Shown here one piece after another: positions 1 through 9,570 of a stretch of 64,000 nt of DNA. Under the pieces are notes generated by a model. It had not been told where the DNA came from. It saw only the letters and a list, made by a program, of their open reading frames with translations, and did no database searches. The translations under genes were made by a program, and so were the position numbers. Source of the stretch: Candidatus Woesearchaeota archaeon (lineage in GTDB: Archaea > Nanobdellota > Nanobdellia > Woesearchaeales > ARS49); assembly GCA_016203305.1 (NCBI GenBank), contig JACQMY010000036.1:1886-65885 (forward strand), read 5' to 3'. Within the stretch, counting starts at the first letter, position 1. Every line of letters begins with the position of its first letter.

Positions 1-253
1 AGCGAAAAGAGCCGAGCCAAAAAATCAAAGAGCCGAGAACAGACAAGAAAAGAGCGGAAAAGGGTAGTCTTTGTGGCATCTGGAACGACAAGATAATGTA
101 ACAAAATTCAGCCAATCACTAAATACCTATGATTATCTGGGCAGAATGGCCGCCAAAAAAAGTGAACGGCCGGGGAGCTCTGCAAAACTGGCTGAAGAAA
201 AGCGTGGTGTGCAAACGGAGCATACCGAAACACAGGTTGCATAGGAGATCTCG

Positions 254-691
254 TTAACTTCGATCATACGTTTTTGCCTGAAACATACAGAAATCTTCGT
301 CCTTTTCAATCGCTTTTGATTTTAGCCCCAAATCTTTGCGTATAGCAATGATGAGATGTTTGATGTCTTGTGTATATGGTTGCTTGCCTTTTTTGATCTT
401 ATTGTTCAGTTTAACGAGTTCTTCAACAACATCTGGTGATGAGAAGAAGTACAATTCATTTAGTTTTTGGCAAGCATCTTTTAGATCGCGCTCTGATGGC
501 TGCCCTCCATATACCGTAGCAAGAGGTTTTGCGACGTCAAGGTATTTTTGCAATTTTAGTTCATATGCGCGCATTCGTTTTTCATGAAAAAACTTCAAAT
601 ACGCTGCAACTATCCCAAGGGAAACAAGTGAAGGTAATACAGTATTCTTAACAATCGGCCATGTTTCAATGGCAAAATTTATCCAACTCAT
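254..691 (-). CDS. hypothetical protein with an N-terminal hydrophobic segment
   Basis: ORF track; no recognisable motif; 4-nt overlap (688-691) with the upstream ORF suggests co-transcription. Confidence 0.35.
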   Translation of the reverse strand: MSWINFAIETWPIVKNTVLPSLVSLGIVAAYLKFFHEKRMRAYELKLQKYLDVAKPLATVYGGQPSERDLKDACQKLNELYFFSSPDVVEELVKLNNKIKKGKQPYTQDIKHLIIAIRKDLGLKSKAIEKDEDFCMFQAKTYDRS

Positions 692-1809
692 AGTTGCTCT
701 AATGCCTCTTGTTGAAGACCTTCATCTTTAGTACTCATGAAAAATACGGAGAAATCATTTTTCTCTGCCTCTTTGAAAAGAGCTAGAAGCATTGCGAAAT
801 CGCTTTTTCCTAATTGTTTCGTAAAATTCTTCAATTCTGTCGCATTTTTACAAAAACCATTGAAATGGTCTGTTGTTAAACCAAGAACTGGCTTTACGTC
901 ATACTGTTGTCCAGCTATTCTTGCTTCTGCAATATTGGTGTATAGAATCATTTTGATTAACCCATCTTGAATGTCTGCGAGACTTGGAATTGAGGTATGT
1001 GAATGTTTTTTCTCAATCAAAAATAGCTTTTTCTTGCTTATGACAATTTCGTCAACAGTGAAATAATACGCTCCGCCAAGATAATTTGTTATGGTGATGG
1101 TTCCTTTTTCATTCACTATTCTTTCTTTAGGCTGTGTTGTTAGTGATTCTCTTTTTTGTGCTTTTTTAGCAAGCTCGCGCGAGAATTCTTTAAATTTCTC
1201 GACATCTTGGGTGATTTGCTGTATTCGTTCTCGAAAACTCTCAATACCATGCAACTCAACACCGCATTTTTTGCTTATTTGTTTGTAATAGGCATTTTCG
1301 GATTTCTTTGATATTTTGTTGATTTCTGATAGTTGTTTTAGATTCCAATGTAACGCATCAGATTTGTAGTTAAGTAATTCTTGCAGTTTCTCTTTGAGAT
1401 ATTTGTAATCAAATTCCTGGTCTGTTATTTTATTTTCATATTCTTCTGACTTTTTGGCTTTCTTATAGTACGCAATGATTACGTATACGCCAAGAAGGCT
1501 CATAAGTGAAACGGTATCCCATTGCAAATAATCTCGATCGCCATCTTTTCCTTCATCTTTTACGAGAGGGATGATGGTGACTCTTGTTTTGTAAGTCATG
1601 GTGTCATAAACACGCGCAAATGGGTAACTTCGAGTTCTTTTGGCAGAAACCCAATGACTGACGGCAATTTTACCTTCTTTGAAGTCAATAACAAAAGAAG
1701 CATTAGCAAATGCTTTACCGTTTTCAAACTCTTTCAAAGAAACAATTGGAAGATCACGACAAAGTAACGGTTCATACTCTACGTTTTCAATTCTTGCAAG
1801 AACATTCAT
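688..1809 (-). CDS. candidate Type II restriction endonuclease, partner of the adjacent methyltransferase
   Basis: Its start codon overlaps the methyltransferase stop (1809/1811). No motif confirmed; D...ExK-like segments (TVDE...LIEKK) are only suggestive. Call rests on gene neighbourhood. Confidence 0.4.
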   Translation of the reverse strand: MNVLARIENVEYEPLLCRDLPIVSLKEFENGKAFANASFVIDFKEGKIAVSHWVSAKRTRSYPFARVYDTMTYKTRVTIIPLVKDEGKDGDRDYLQWDTVSLMSLLGVYVIIAYYKKAKKSEEYENKITDQEFDYKYLKEKLQELLNYKSDALHWNLKQLSEINKISKKSENAYYKQISKKCGVELHGIESFRERIQQITQDVEKFKEFSRELAKKAQKRESLTTQPKERIVNEKGTITITNYLGGAYYFTVDEIVISKKKLFLIEKKHSHTSIPSLADIQDGLIKMILYTNIAEARIAGQQYDVKPVLGLTTDHFNGFCKNATELKNFTKQLGKSDFAMLLALFKEAEKNDFSVFFMSTKDEGLQQEALEQL

Positions 1810-1810
1810 G

Positions 1811-2728
1811 TTAATCAGTAAGCTTCTGTTGCCCTTCTATATTCTTAATCTTTTCCAGGGCATAGTCAACGTACTCTTTTTGTGTGTCCATTCCTATAAA
1901 CTTTCTACCTTGCATTTCGGCCGCTAACAACGTTTGTCCACTTCCGGCAAAGATGTCTACCACTATGTCATCTTTGTATGAGTAAAATTTGATAACTCTT
2001 GAAGCAAGTTCAACAGGGAATGCACAGGGGTGAATGTTCTCTTGTGGCGCTACAGGACGGATTTTCCAAACATTCTTGCTCATTTCACCTTGATAATCCT
2101 TTAAGTCAATGCGATTTCTCTCCTTTTCTTCTTTTGATCGATGCCAATAAATATTCTCTTTATTTTCTTTTTCTGCAGCTTTCTGGAAGACAAAGACGTA
2201 TTCAGAAACAAGACTTGGATAATAGTAACCAGGGTAGGGGTGCTGCAGCAATACGCCCGATCTCCGGTCTTTTGCAATTGGTTTTTCCCAAATAATATCT
2301 TCGCAGAACTTCCAGCCTATGGACTCCATCCAACTGACAAAATGGAAAGGTAACGCAACCCGCGTACCATTCCAACCAACAGGAGCGATGTTGACAACAT
2401 TATACCCGCCTGGCTTGGTGATACGTAAAAGCTCTCTGAATCTATCAATTAAGAAATCCCTATATTCTGTATAAGAAACCTCTTTGCGCTCCCAGCGCGC
2501 CTTCTTTCCCTGCAATTTTTCGACATGCTCCTCATAGTTGATCGCATTATGATACGGAGGCGAAGTAAACGCCAAGGTGATACTATCATCAGCCAACTGC
2601 TGCATTGCTTTAAGGCAGTCACCCAAAAAGAACACACCGTTCTTACTTTTGAATGCTTTGACTTCAACAGCTTGAACTATCTGAATTGTTTCCTTCTTCT
2701 CAACACGTACTTGTGAAAGCGCAGGCAT
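1811..2728 (-). CDS. DNA methyltransferase, beta class (N4-cytosine or N6-adenine)
   Basis: Motif IV 'FTSPPY' lies upstream of motif I 'DIFAGSGQT' (FxGxG). This circular permutation is typical of the PF01555 N4/N6 methylase family. Confidence 0.85.
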   Translation of the reverse strand: MPALSQVRVEKKETIQIVQAVEVKAFKSKNGVFFLGDCLKAMQQLADDSITLAFTSPPYHNAINYEEHVEKLQGKKARWERKEVSYTEYRDFLIDRFRELLRITKPGGYNVVNIAPVGWNGTRVALPFHFVSWMESIGWKFCEDIIWEKPIAKDRRSGVLLQHPYPGYYYPSLVSEYVFVFQKAAEKENKENIYWHRSKEEKERNRIDLKDYQGEMSKNVWKIRPVAPQENIHPCAFPVELASRVIKFYSYKDDIVVDIFAGSGQTLLAAEMQGRKFIGMDTQKEYVDYALEKIKNIEGQQKLTD

Positions 2729-2897
2729 CTCTTTTACACCCCTTGTTGTTGTAGGGCGTGTTTATTAATAAGACTTTCGTTCGAAGATGTCCGGTGTCGA
2801 GTATATTTCCGTTCCATGATTATTTTTTATCATCTACAATCAAGACGATAGAACAGCGTAAGTAATATAAACTGGTTCTACAAAGCACGCTCGGAGG

Positions 2898-3386
2898 GTG
2901 ATAGAAATGAAGGAAAAAGTAATCGCGGCCGCAAAAGAAGCTGAGCAATGGATTAGCGAAGCCAATTTGTCTCCAGAATTCAAGCAAAAGGCATACGAAG
3001 TAATGTTTAACTTTCTGCTCGCACAGGGTGTTTCACCGAAGAAGATAAGCATCCCTGCGACCGTCAGCGAACCAATCACCGACGCACCACATAACACTTT
3101 TCCGGAGTTTTTTATGGGCCACAACTGTGAGACGAATGCCGAAATAATTACTGCGATGGCATACTTTCACGGCTTGAGAGAGCCAGATAAGCGAGTCAGC
3201 GTTAAAGATTTGGAAACGTACTTTGCCTTGATTAAACCAAAGTCGGCGAACGTTTCGCGAGATGCGAAAACAGCAGTGATGAATGCATGGTTGAAACCTG
3301 CAGAGAAAAAAGATAGCTCAAGCGCGTGGGAGCTTATTCCCTTAGGAAAGCAACATATTGAGAGCTTGAGGAAGAATGAAGACTGA
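2898..3386 (+). CDS. hypothetical protein, first gene of a two-gene cassette
   Basis: ORF track; overlaps the next ORF by 11 nt. Confidence 0.45.
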   Translation: MIEMKEKVIAAAKEAEQWISEANLSPEFKQKAYEVMFNFLLAQGVSPKKISIPATVSEPITDAPHNTFPEFFMGHNCETNAEIITAMAYFHGLREPDKRVSVKDLETYFALIKPKSANVSRDAKTAVMNAWLKPAEKKDSSSAWELIPLGKQHIESLRKNED

Positions 3387-4131
3387 AGTCCTTAATTCGG
3401 TAAAAAACATAGAGACATCACTATTTAAGGAGCTTGTAGACGAACAGGAAGAACTCACCAAAGCCTATTTTCGGAAAGATTATGAAAAAGTTCTGCTGAA
3501 AACAGGCAAGTTTACTGAAACTCTTTTTCAGATATTCGAATTTCTGCAGGAAGGAAGTTTTTCACAGCAACCAGTTATGAATGATATTGAGAATGCACTC
3601 GCGAAGTTGCCCGAAGGATCAATTCCCGAATCTATACGCATCATTCTCCCACGATTAGGCAAGGCAATATACTCTATTAGAAGTAAAAGAGGAGGAGGTC
3701 ATAAAACAGTAGTTCCGCCCCAGGAAGTTGATGCATATGTATGTCTTACCTCGTCTCAATACGTACTTGCAGAATTGCTTCGACTTTACTCTGATTTACC
3801 TGAAAAAAAGATTATTGATTATGTCAGGTCGTATATTCGGCCCAAGCTACCTTTTATTGAAGAATTTGAAAATGGTGACTTGATGCTTCTCGTTGAAACA
3901 AAATCCTGTAAAGATAAGATAATGTTGATACTATATCATTTGTACCCTCAAAGAGCATCCAACGACGTCCTTCGAAAGCATCTCAAGGGCGAAACATCTC
4001 AAAATATCATATCCTCCCTTGCCTTTGCAGAAGAAAAGAAACTGATCCATCGTTCAGATGAGGGTTCAAAATTAACAGAATTGGGTAAACGGTTTGTGGA
4101 AGATGAATATTCTGCAGAGCTTAAAGCGTAA
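3376..4131 (+). CDS. hypothetical protein; possible HEPN/Abi-like defence protein
   Basis: 'RSKRGGGH' fits the HEPN R-x4-6-H motif. C-terminal 'SKLTELGKRF' resembles an HTH. Sits next to the R-M genes. Inference only. Confidence 0.4.
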   Translation: MKTEVLNSVKNIETSLFKELVDEQEELTKAYFRKDYEKVLLKTGKFTETLFQIFEFLQEGSFSQQPVMNDIENALAKLPEGSIPESIRIILPRLGKAIYSIRSKRGGGHKTVVPPQEVDAYVCLTSSQYVLAELLRLYSDLPEKKIIDYVRSYIRPKLPFIEEFENGDLMLLVETKSCKDKIMLILYHLYPQRASNDVLRKHLKGETSQNIISSLAFAEEKKLIHRSDEGSKLTELGKRFVEDEYSAELKA

Positions 4132-4163
4132 TTCCTGCGCAAAACGGCTGTGGGACAGATTAA

Positions 4164-4322
4164 CTAGTCTTTGACTATGATGACGTATGCTCTCCAGTTG
4201 CGGTATTTCTTTGGAGCGTCGAGTTTAGCAGAATTACCGAACGCGGTAATTCTTTTTTCGTAGATGAGTTCTACGTTTTCTTTGAGGTTTAGTTCTCCTT
4301 TATGTGTTTTGATGTTTCTCAT
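4164..4322 (-). CDS. small ORF (52 aa) inside the IS; possible AbrB/SpoVT-like swapped-hairpin protein
   Basis: Hand-translated: MRNIKTHKGELNLKENVELIYEKRITAFGNSAKLDAPKKYRNWRAYVIIVKD. 'ITAFGNSAKLDAPKKY' resembles the VGNSxxVtIPK motif. Confidence 0.3.
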   Translation of the reverse strand: MRNIKTHKGELNLKENVELIYEKRITAFGNSAKLDAPKKYRNWRAYVIIVKD

Positions 4323-4378
4323 AATCTATGGATATCCATGGATATATTTAAATATTTGTATGTTCTACCCTATAAATC

Positions 4379-5380
4379 ATGACCCAACTCAGAAACAAAC
4401 AACTCAGAAAAATGTTGAAAGATATTGATGCTTTTGTCGAGGAGCAGTACAAGCCTGCGCACCCTGCGCAGGAACGTGACTGGCGCACGTATGAGCAGCA
4501 ATGGGAAGCGAGGATCAAGAATGCGGTTGCTCACTTAAGACCGTTAATAGACGAATCAACCGCGTCAATTATCAGTCCCGTAAAGACAGGACCTGAGCAC
4601 AAACTCTCGCTCTACCAGCGCGTCATGCTGTTGCTCGTTCAACGTTGGTGTAAACAGAGCAATAGGATTACGAGCTGTTTTCTCACTCTCTTTGGAGCAC
4701 TCAGCGGCTCAGATATTTCCTATAAAACAGTTGAGCGTCTCTATTCTGATCAAGACGTGATACTCGCGCTACACAACTTGCACGTTCTCATTCTCAAAAA
4801 ACAAGGCGTGACCATTATTCGCGCGGCCGGTGACGCCACCGGCTACGGGCTCACGGTCACCAAACATTATGCAACAGAAGCTCAAAAGCTCAAAGATGGT
4901 GCAAAGAGTCAGATGGGAGCACGTAAGTTCGTCTACGTGTTCCGCCTTCTCGATCTCAACTCGAGCATGTATGTCACACAAGGTACAAGTTTCACGAGCG
5001 AGAAGGATGCATTTGATCAAGCGATGCGCGTGCTGCGCACGCTTGACATTTCACTCGATAGCTTACGGCTTGATAAATATTACAGCGCACCGCATTATAT
5101 AGACCAATTCCCCGACACAACCATATACATCATCCCGAAAAAGAATGCCACTCTGAACGGAAGCTGGCATTGGAAACGAACCATCCTTCGAATGCATGAT
5201 AACCTCATGCATTATCTCGAAGAATACTACCAAAGAAATCACGCAGAAACCGAGATCAAAAACGACAAACAGCATTTCGGCTGGCAACTACCTCAAAGAC
5301 GCGACGATAGAATTGATACCGCAACACGAGCCACCATGAACTTGCACAATCTTCTCAAACTCACAACAGAACCGACCTAA
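4379..5380 (+). CDS. DDE transposase of the IS4/IS5 type
   Basis: C-terminal 'YYQRNHAETEIKNDK' matches the Y-x2-R-x3-E-x6-K signature. Candidate catalytic Asp residues at 'AGDATGYG' and 'LRLDKYY'. Lies within the TIR-bounded element. Confidence 0.65.
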   Translation: MTQLRNKQLRKMLKDIDAFVEEQYKPAHPAQERDWRTYEQQWEARIKNAVAHLRPLIDESTASIISPVKTGPEHKLSLYQRVMLLLVQRWCKQSNRITSCFLTLFGALSGSDISYKTVERLYSDQDVILALHNLHVLILKKQGVTIIRAAGDATGYGLTVTKHYATEAQKLKDGAKSQMGARKFVYVFRLLDLNSSMYVTQGTSFTSEKDAFDQAMRVLRTLDISLDSLRLDKYYSAPHYIDQFPDTTIYIIPKKNATLNGSWHWKRTILRMHDNLMHYLEEYYQRNHAETEIKNDKQHFGWQLPQRRDDRIDTATRATMNLHNLLKLTTEPT

Positions 5381-5506
5381 TATGTCCCACAGCCGCGCAA
5401 AACGAAACATTATTATTCTTGCTCGTCATTCCTACCATTCAGATTCTCGCACCTCCAAAGTAAGCTGTTTGTGCTTACGAAGAGGGTGCCGCCTCCCGTG
5501 TGAGGC

Positions 5507-6838
5507 TTACAACCCAATACTGGCAAGTAGTTTTTCCTTATCAAACGGTTGCAAGTCCTTGTACTCCTGACCCATGCCTAAGAACAAGATTGGCTTCTTG
5601 GTAACGTAACTCACGCTGATAGCAGCGCCGCCTTTTTCGTCAACATCCGCCTTTGCCAGAATTATGCCGTCAATGCCGATAGCTTCGTCAAACTTCTTAG
5701 CCTGCTCGATGCAGTCATTGCCTGTGATGCTCTCGCCAACAAAGATTTTGACATCTGGCTTTGCGATGCGCACTATCTTTTTCATCTCGTCAACAAGGTT
5801 CACGTTGCTATGCAGTCTTCCAGCAGTGTCAATAAGCACAACGTCTTTCTTTGAGGCTTCAGCGTGTTTTATCGCGTCAAAAGCAACAGCAGCAGGATCA
5901 GCACCATAATCATGACGCACCAATTTCACGCCCAAATTATCAGCATGCAATTGCAATTGGTCAATCGCAGCAGCCCTAAACGTATCAGCAGCAGCAAGCA
6001 CAACGCTCAAACCGTTTGACTGCAAATATTTCGTCAGCTTCGCAATAGAAGTTGTTTTACCGCTACCATTCACGCCAACAAAACAAATCACAAAAGGCTT
6101 CTTCTGCTTGGCACGCTCAAGCAAGTTAATAGACGGAACCTCAAACAAGCTTTCCAAACTATCATGCAAAGATTGAGCGATGGTTTCCTCAACCCTGCCT
6201 CTCGGCACTGGCTTGTCTATCAGGGCAGACTTAAGGTCTCCTTTTATTTTCTCAATTACTTCGACAGCGACGTTGTTTTCCAACAAGGCAAGCTCCAAGT
6301 CCCAGAACAACTCATCAAACTGTTCAACAGAAATCTTCTTCGTAGTAATCTTCTCAGTCAACCTTGAGAAGAAACCCTTTTCTGGCTTTTCTTTGGCAGG
6401 CTCGACCTTTGGCTCCTTTTCAACCTTAGTTTCAGGTTTAGCCATCTCAACTTTTGTCTCAACCTTTGGTCTTTCCGGTTCAACCTTAGGTGACTCAACC
6501 TCATCCTTGCCAACAATAGTCTCTTTCAACCTAGAGAAGAAACCTTTCTTTTCCGGCTCGGGAAGCTCAACCGGCTCTACTTGTGGTGCAGGCTTTGGCT
6601 CAACAGACTTTGGCTCTGGCTTAGTTTCAACCTTAAGTTTAGCTGGCTTTGGAGCTTTCTCAACTTTTGGCTTCTTTACACTCTCAAGCTTCTTCTCAAC
6701 CTTTTTCTCAATCTTCTCCTCAACAGGCTTCTTTTCTTCCGACTTTGGAACTTCAACGACTTCTTCAGGAGCTTCCTCTACCTTCTTCGTCAACTTCGCA
6801 AGCGCTCCTTTCAACTTGTCCTTAAGAAATCCGAACAT
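5507..6838 (-). CDS. ftsY: signal recognition particle receptor FtsY
   Basis: NG-domain motifs: 'GVNGSGKTTSIAKL' P-loop, 'DTAGR', 'ILAKAD'. Lys/Glu/Pro-rich repeat N-terminus. Confidence 0.9.
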   Translation of the reverse strand: MFGFLKDKLKGALAKLTKKVEEAPEEVVEVPKSEEKKPVEEKIEKKVEKKLESVKKPKVEKAPKPAKLKVETKPEPKSVEPKPAPQVEPVELPEPEKKGFFSRLKETIVGKDEVESPKVEPERPKVETKVEMAKPETKVEKEPKVEPAKEKPEKGFFSRLTEKITTKKISVEQFDELFWDLELALLENNVAVEVIEKIKGDLKSALIDKPVPRGRVEETIAQSLHDSLESLFEVPSINLLERAKQKKPFVICFVGVNGSGKTTSIAKLTKYLQSNGLSVVLAAADTFRAAAIDQLQLHADNLGVKLVRHDYGADPAAVAFDAIKHAEASKKDVVLIDTAGRLHSNVNLVDEMKKIVRIAKPDVKIFVGESITGNDCIEQAKKFDEAIGIDGIILAKADVDEKGGAAISVSYVTKKPILFLGMGQEYKDLQPFDKEKLLASIGL

Positions 6839-6839
6839 T

Positions 6840-7259
6840 TTACTTAACCAATGATTTCATCTCATCCTGCAAACCTTCCGCACGACCGGCAAGCTTTTGC
6901 AACTGCAACATCAAGTCTTCCTGCAATTTTCTCAACTCCAAACCTTGACCGTGCACAATCTTCTTGGCATCGCCAACAGATTTTTCAACAACAGCACCAC
7001 CGCCAACATTCAACAAAACCCGCTCTGTGTTCTCAACACGCGCCTTAACAAACAAGCCAGGAGTGAGTGTTACAAATGCATCGCCAGGCTTGGCACGAGT
7101 GAAATCATCCAATGCTTGCTCAACACTATCCATCTCGGAAGCTTGGGCTTCCAGCATTTGTGCTTGTTTTTGAACTTGCTGTACCTGTGTCTGGACCATC
7201 TGAAGCTCCATGTACTTCTGCTGTAACACCTTCATGTCCACCTGCTCTTTATCAGTCAT
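6840..7259 (-). CDS. pfdA: prefoldin alpha subunit
   Basis: 139-aa coiled-coil protein with a central beta-hairpin region. ftsY-pfdA adjacency is a conserved archaeal arrangement. Confidence 0.65.
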   Translation of the reverse strand: MTDKEQVDMKVLQQKYMELQMVQTQVQQVQKQAQMLEAQASEMDSVEQALDDFTRAKPGDAFVTLTPGLFVKARVENTERVLLNVGGGAVVEKSVGDAKKIVHGQGLELRKLQEDLMLQLQKLAGRAEGLQDEMKSLVK

Positions 7260-7403
7260 AACTTCTCCAACAACCTCTCCAAAAAGTGGCCATACTCATG
7301 CTCTGCCTTGAGGAACTTAAGCGATGAACTTGTCGCAACAGTCTTTTCCTCACGCTTAAAATGTTCCAACTCGCGCTTTACCAACTCCTGCAAAACCTTC
7401 ATT

Positions 7404-8156
7404 TCATCCTTGCTGAACATCCTTTCCCTCCACAAGCTTGATGCTGATAGGACCGAAAGCTTGTTCTTGCTCTAACTCAACCTTACGATGATTACTCAAG
7501 TGCAACAACGGAATAAACGTGTAAACCTTGTCCTGCTTTGTGTCGGCAGGCAACAAGTCGGTAAACAATAGTTTGCCCCTCGCGCCAAACAAAGAAGTAA
7601 TCCTGCGGAACAATCCAGTAATAGCGGCAGTAACGTCAAACCTCCGCTCAGGAAGAACAACAGGAGGAGGCATATGGTTAAGCACACGTCTCTGCTTAAC
7701 CTCCAAAGCTTTCTCCAACGCCCTCACCAGGTCGTACACGCTGACCTTACGACGACGAGCCTGCGGCATCCTAGGCAATAATTCCAGGTCCTCTTGCAGG
7801 GCAAGACGTTCTCCTTGTGCCAGTTCTTGTTCTAATGAGTCGTAGAATTCTTCTTGTGTGACATCGTTGCCAGCGAGCAATCGGTCAAACTCGTCCAAAT
7901 CATCGCCAACAAGCTTGTTGCTCTTAATCCGCAACAACATCGCAGCAGCCAAAAGAACCTTGCCACCAACCTTGAGGTCCTGCTCCTTCATCTGCCTCAA
8001 ACGCTCAACATATTTATCAGTAAGCAAAGAAATATCCACATCCCAAGGATTCATCTGCTCAGAACTAATAAGCTCCAAAATAATAGACTTCCAACTAATC
8101 TCGTTCTGCTCAACCAACAACGAAAATAACCGTTCTTGCATGAAGAAAAAAGGCAC
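7404..8156 (-). CDS. scpA: segregation and condensation protein A (kleisin ScpA)
   Basis: N-terminal 'ELISSEQMNPWDVDISLLTDKYVERL' and overall 250-aa layout are typical of ScpA. Confidence 0.7.
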   Translation of the reverse strand: MPFFFMQERLFSLLVEQNEISWKSIILELISSEQMNPWDVDISLLTDKYVERLRQMKEQDLKVGGKVLLAAAMLLRIKSNKLVGDDLDEFDRLLAGNDVTQEEFYDSLEQELAQGERLALQEDLELLPRMPQARRRKVSVYDLVRALEKALEVKQRRVLNHMPPPVVLPERRFDVTAAITGLFRRITSLFGARGKLLFTDLLPADTKQDKVYTFIPLLHLSNHRKVELEQEQAFGPISIKLVEGKDVQQG

Positions 8157-8178
8157 TCGAGGGTTTATAAATGTTTGT

Positions 8179-8334
8179 GGACGAGGATAAAGATTGAAGG
8201 TATAAGGTTGTAGGACGAAGGCAGAAGGTTGTGGGTATTAGGGTGAAAGCGGAAGGACGAAGGATGTAGGTATTATGCGATTGGCTATTGGGTATTAGGA
8301 TGTAGGGATTAGGACGGAGGAGGAAGGCACAAAG
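8179..8334 (+). repeat. tandem array of about 22 degenerate heptads (G-N-N-N-W-A-G)
   Basis: ggacgag gataaag attgaag gtataag gttgtag gacgaag gcagaag gttgtgg gtattag ... with strict 7-bp periodicity. Confidence 0.8.
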
Positions 8335-8366
8335 CTTAAAAACGCCCCATTCGCGGGAATACGTAC

Positions 8367-8439
8367 GGACCCGTAGTTTAGTGGCTATAACGCATCCCTT
8401 ACACGGATGAGGTCGGCAGTTCGAATCTGCCCGGGTCCA
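8367..8439 (+). tRNA. tRNA-Val (anticodon TAC), no intron
   Basis: Manual fold: acceptor GGACCCG/CGGGTCC, anticodon stem CATCC/GGATG, loop CTTACAC, T-arm GGCAG-TTCGAAT-CTGCC. CCA is not encoded. Confidence 0.8.
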
Positions 8440-8493
8440 TTATTCTTCTTCCCCACACAAAAACTTTTAAACGCCACTCAGTAAGACACCACT

Positions 8494-9522
8494 ATGGGAT
8501 GGTTATTTGGGAATGGGGTGAAGGGCAGCTGGCTCAACATACGCTTATCGCGAATATCAAATATTAGCGAAGCGCTCAAAAAACAACTACAAAACTATTG
8601 CATAATAGCAGACATAAAAGAACTTTCAAGCGTCAATCTTCTCAAGCTAGAAAAAGACTGGAACGTGCCAAGACAAGAACTCGCCAAACTCTTCCTACAC
8701 GCGACAAAAGAAAAAATATTCACCATGAACTATGTCATGCACTGCGAAAAATGCCCGGCACAAGGAACGCTGCCAAAACTCTCACAATTCAAAAGCAAAA
8801 TGGTATGCACAGGATGCCAAGCATCACTAACCCCAAAACTCGACCAGAGCGTAGAAGTAGCATTCAGCATACACGAAGACCTGGCAAAAAGCCAAAAAGT
8901 CCAACCAGGACACTATATCCCTGCAATAGAAATAGTAAACACAGAAGAATTCAGAACACTATTTGAAGCAGAAAAACCATTGCCAGGAGAACACCTAGTG
9001 ATAAACCAGCTCACCTTCTTCTTCACAGACCTATCAGGAAGCACGGCAACCTACGAAAAACTCGGAGACGGAAAAGCATACGGCATAGTCAAAGAACACT
9101 TTATACTGTTGTTTGAAATAATCAAAAAACACAACGGCGCCATTGTCAAAACAATAGGAGACGCAGTCATGGCAACATTTCTTTCAAGTGCTGATGCAGT
9201 AACAGCAGCACTAGAAGCCAAACAAGCATTTGTAAAATTCAACAAACGCAAAGACATCAAAGGAGCGGCAAACATCAAAATAGGAATACACACAGGCAAC
9301 TGCCTGGCAGTCACGCTAAACCAACGTTTAGACTACTTTGGAAACACAGTAAACAAAGCAGCACGCATACAAGGAGCAGCAGACAAAGACGAAATATGCA
9401 TCAGCAAAGACACACTACAAGAAGCACAAACAAGAGCTTTATTCAAGGACTTAAAACCAAGACCAAAAAGCATACAGCTAAAAGGAATACTTCAGCCGGT
9501 TGATATTCTAAGCATAAGATAG
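8494..9522 (+). CDS. class III adenylate/guanylate cyclase-domain protein with an N-terminal zinc ribbon
   Basis: 'FFFTDLSGSTATYEKLGD...IKTIGDAVMATF' cyclase-homology motifs. 'HCEKCPAQG...CTGCQ' Cys4 ribbon. Confidence 0.7.
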   Translation: MGWLFGNGVKGSWLNIRLSRISNISEALKKQLQNYCIIADIKELSSVNLLKLEKDWNVPRQELAKLFLHATKEKIFTMNYVMHCEKCPAQGTLPKLSQFKSKMVCTGCQASLTPKLDQSVEVAFSIHEDLAKSQKVQPGHYIPAIEIVNTEEFRTLFEAEKPLPGEHLVINQLTFFFTDLSGSTATYEKLGDGKAYGIVKEHFILLFEIIKKHNGAIVKTIGDAVMATFLSSADAVTAALEAKQAFVKFNKRKDIKGAANIKIGIHTGNCLAVTLNQRLDYFGNTVNKAARIQGAADKDEICISKDTLQEAQTRALFKDLKPRPKSIQLKGILQPVDILSIR

Positions 9523-9562
9523 GACGAAGGTTGTAGGTGTTAGGATGAAGGAAGGAGATAGT
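9521..9562 (+). repeat. heptad (GNNNWAG) tract beginning at the cyclase stop codon
   Basis: ta ggacgaag gttgtag gtgttag gatgaag gaaggag. Confidence 0.6.
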
Positions 9563-9570
9563 TAGTAGTG

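Larger units (their letters stand above)
4146..5394. mobile_element. IS4-like insertion sequence (about 1249 bp)
   Basis: Perfect 12-bp inverted repeats GGCTGTGGGACA (4146-4157) and TGTCCCACAGCC (5383-5394), extendable to about 17/18 bp. Flanked by a 9-bp direct repeat GCGCAAAAC (4137-4145 and 5395-5403). Internal GC content is visibly higher than the flanks. Confidence 0.75.
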
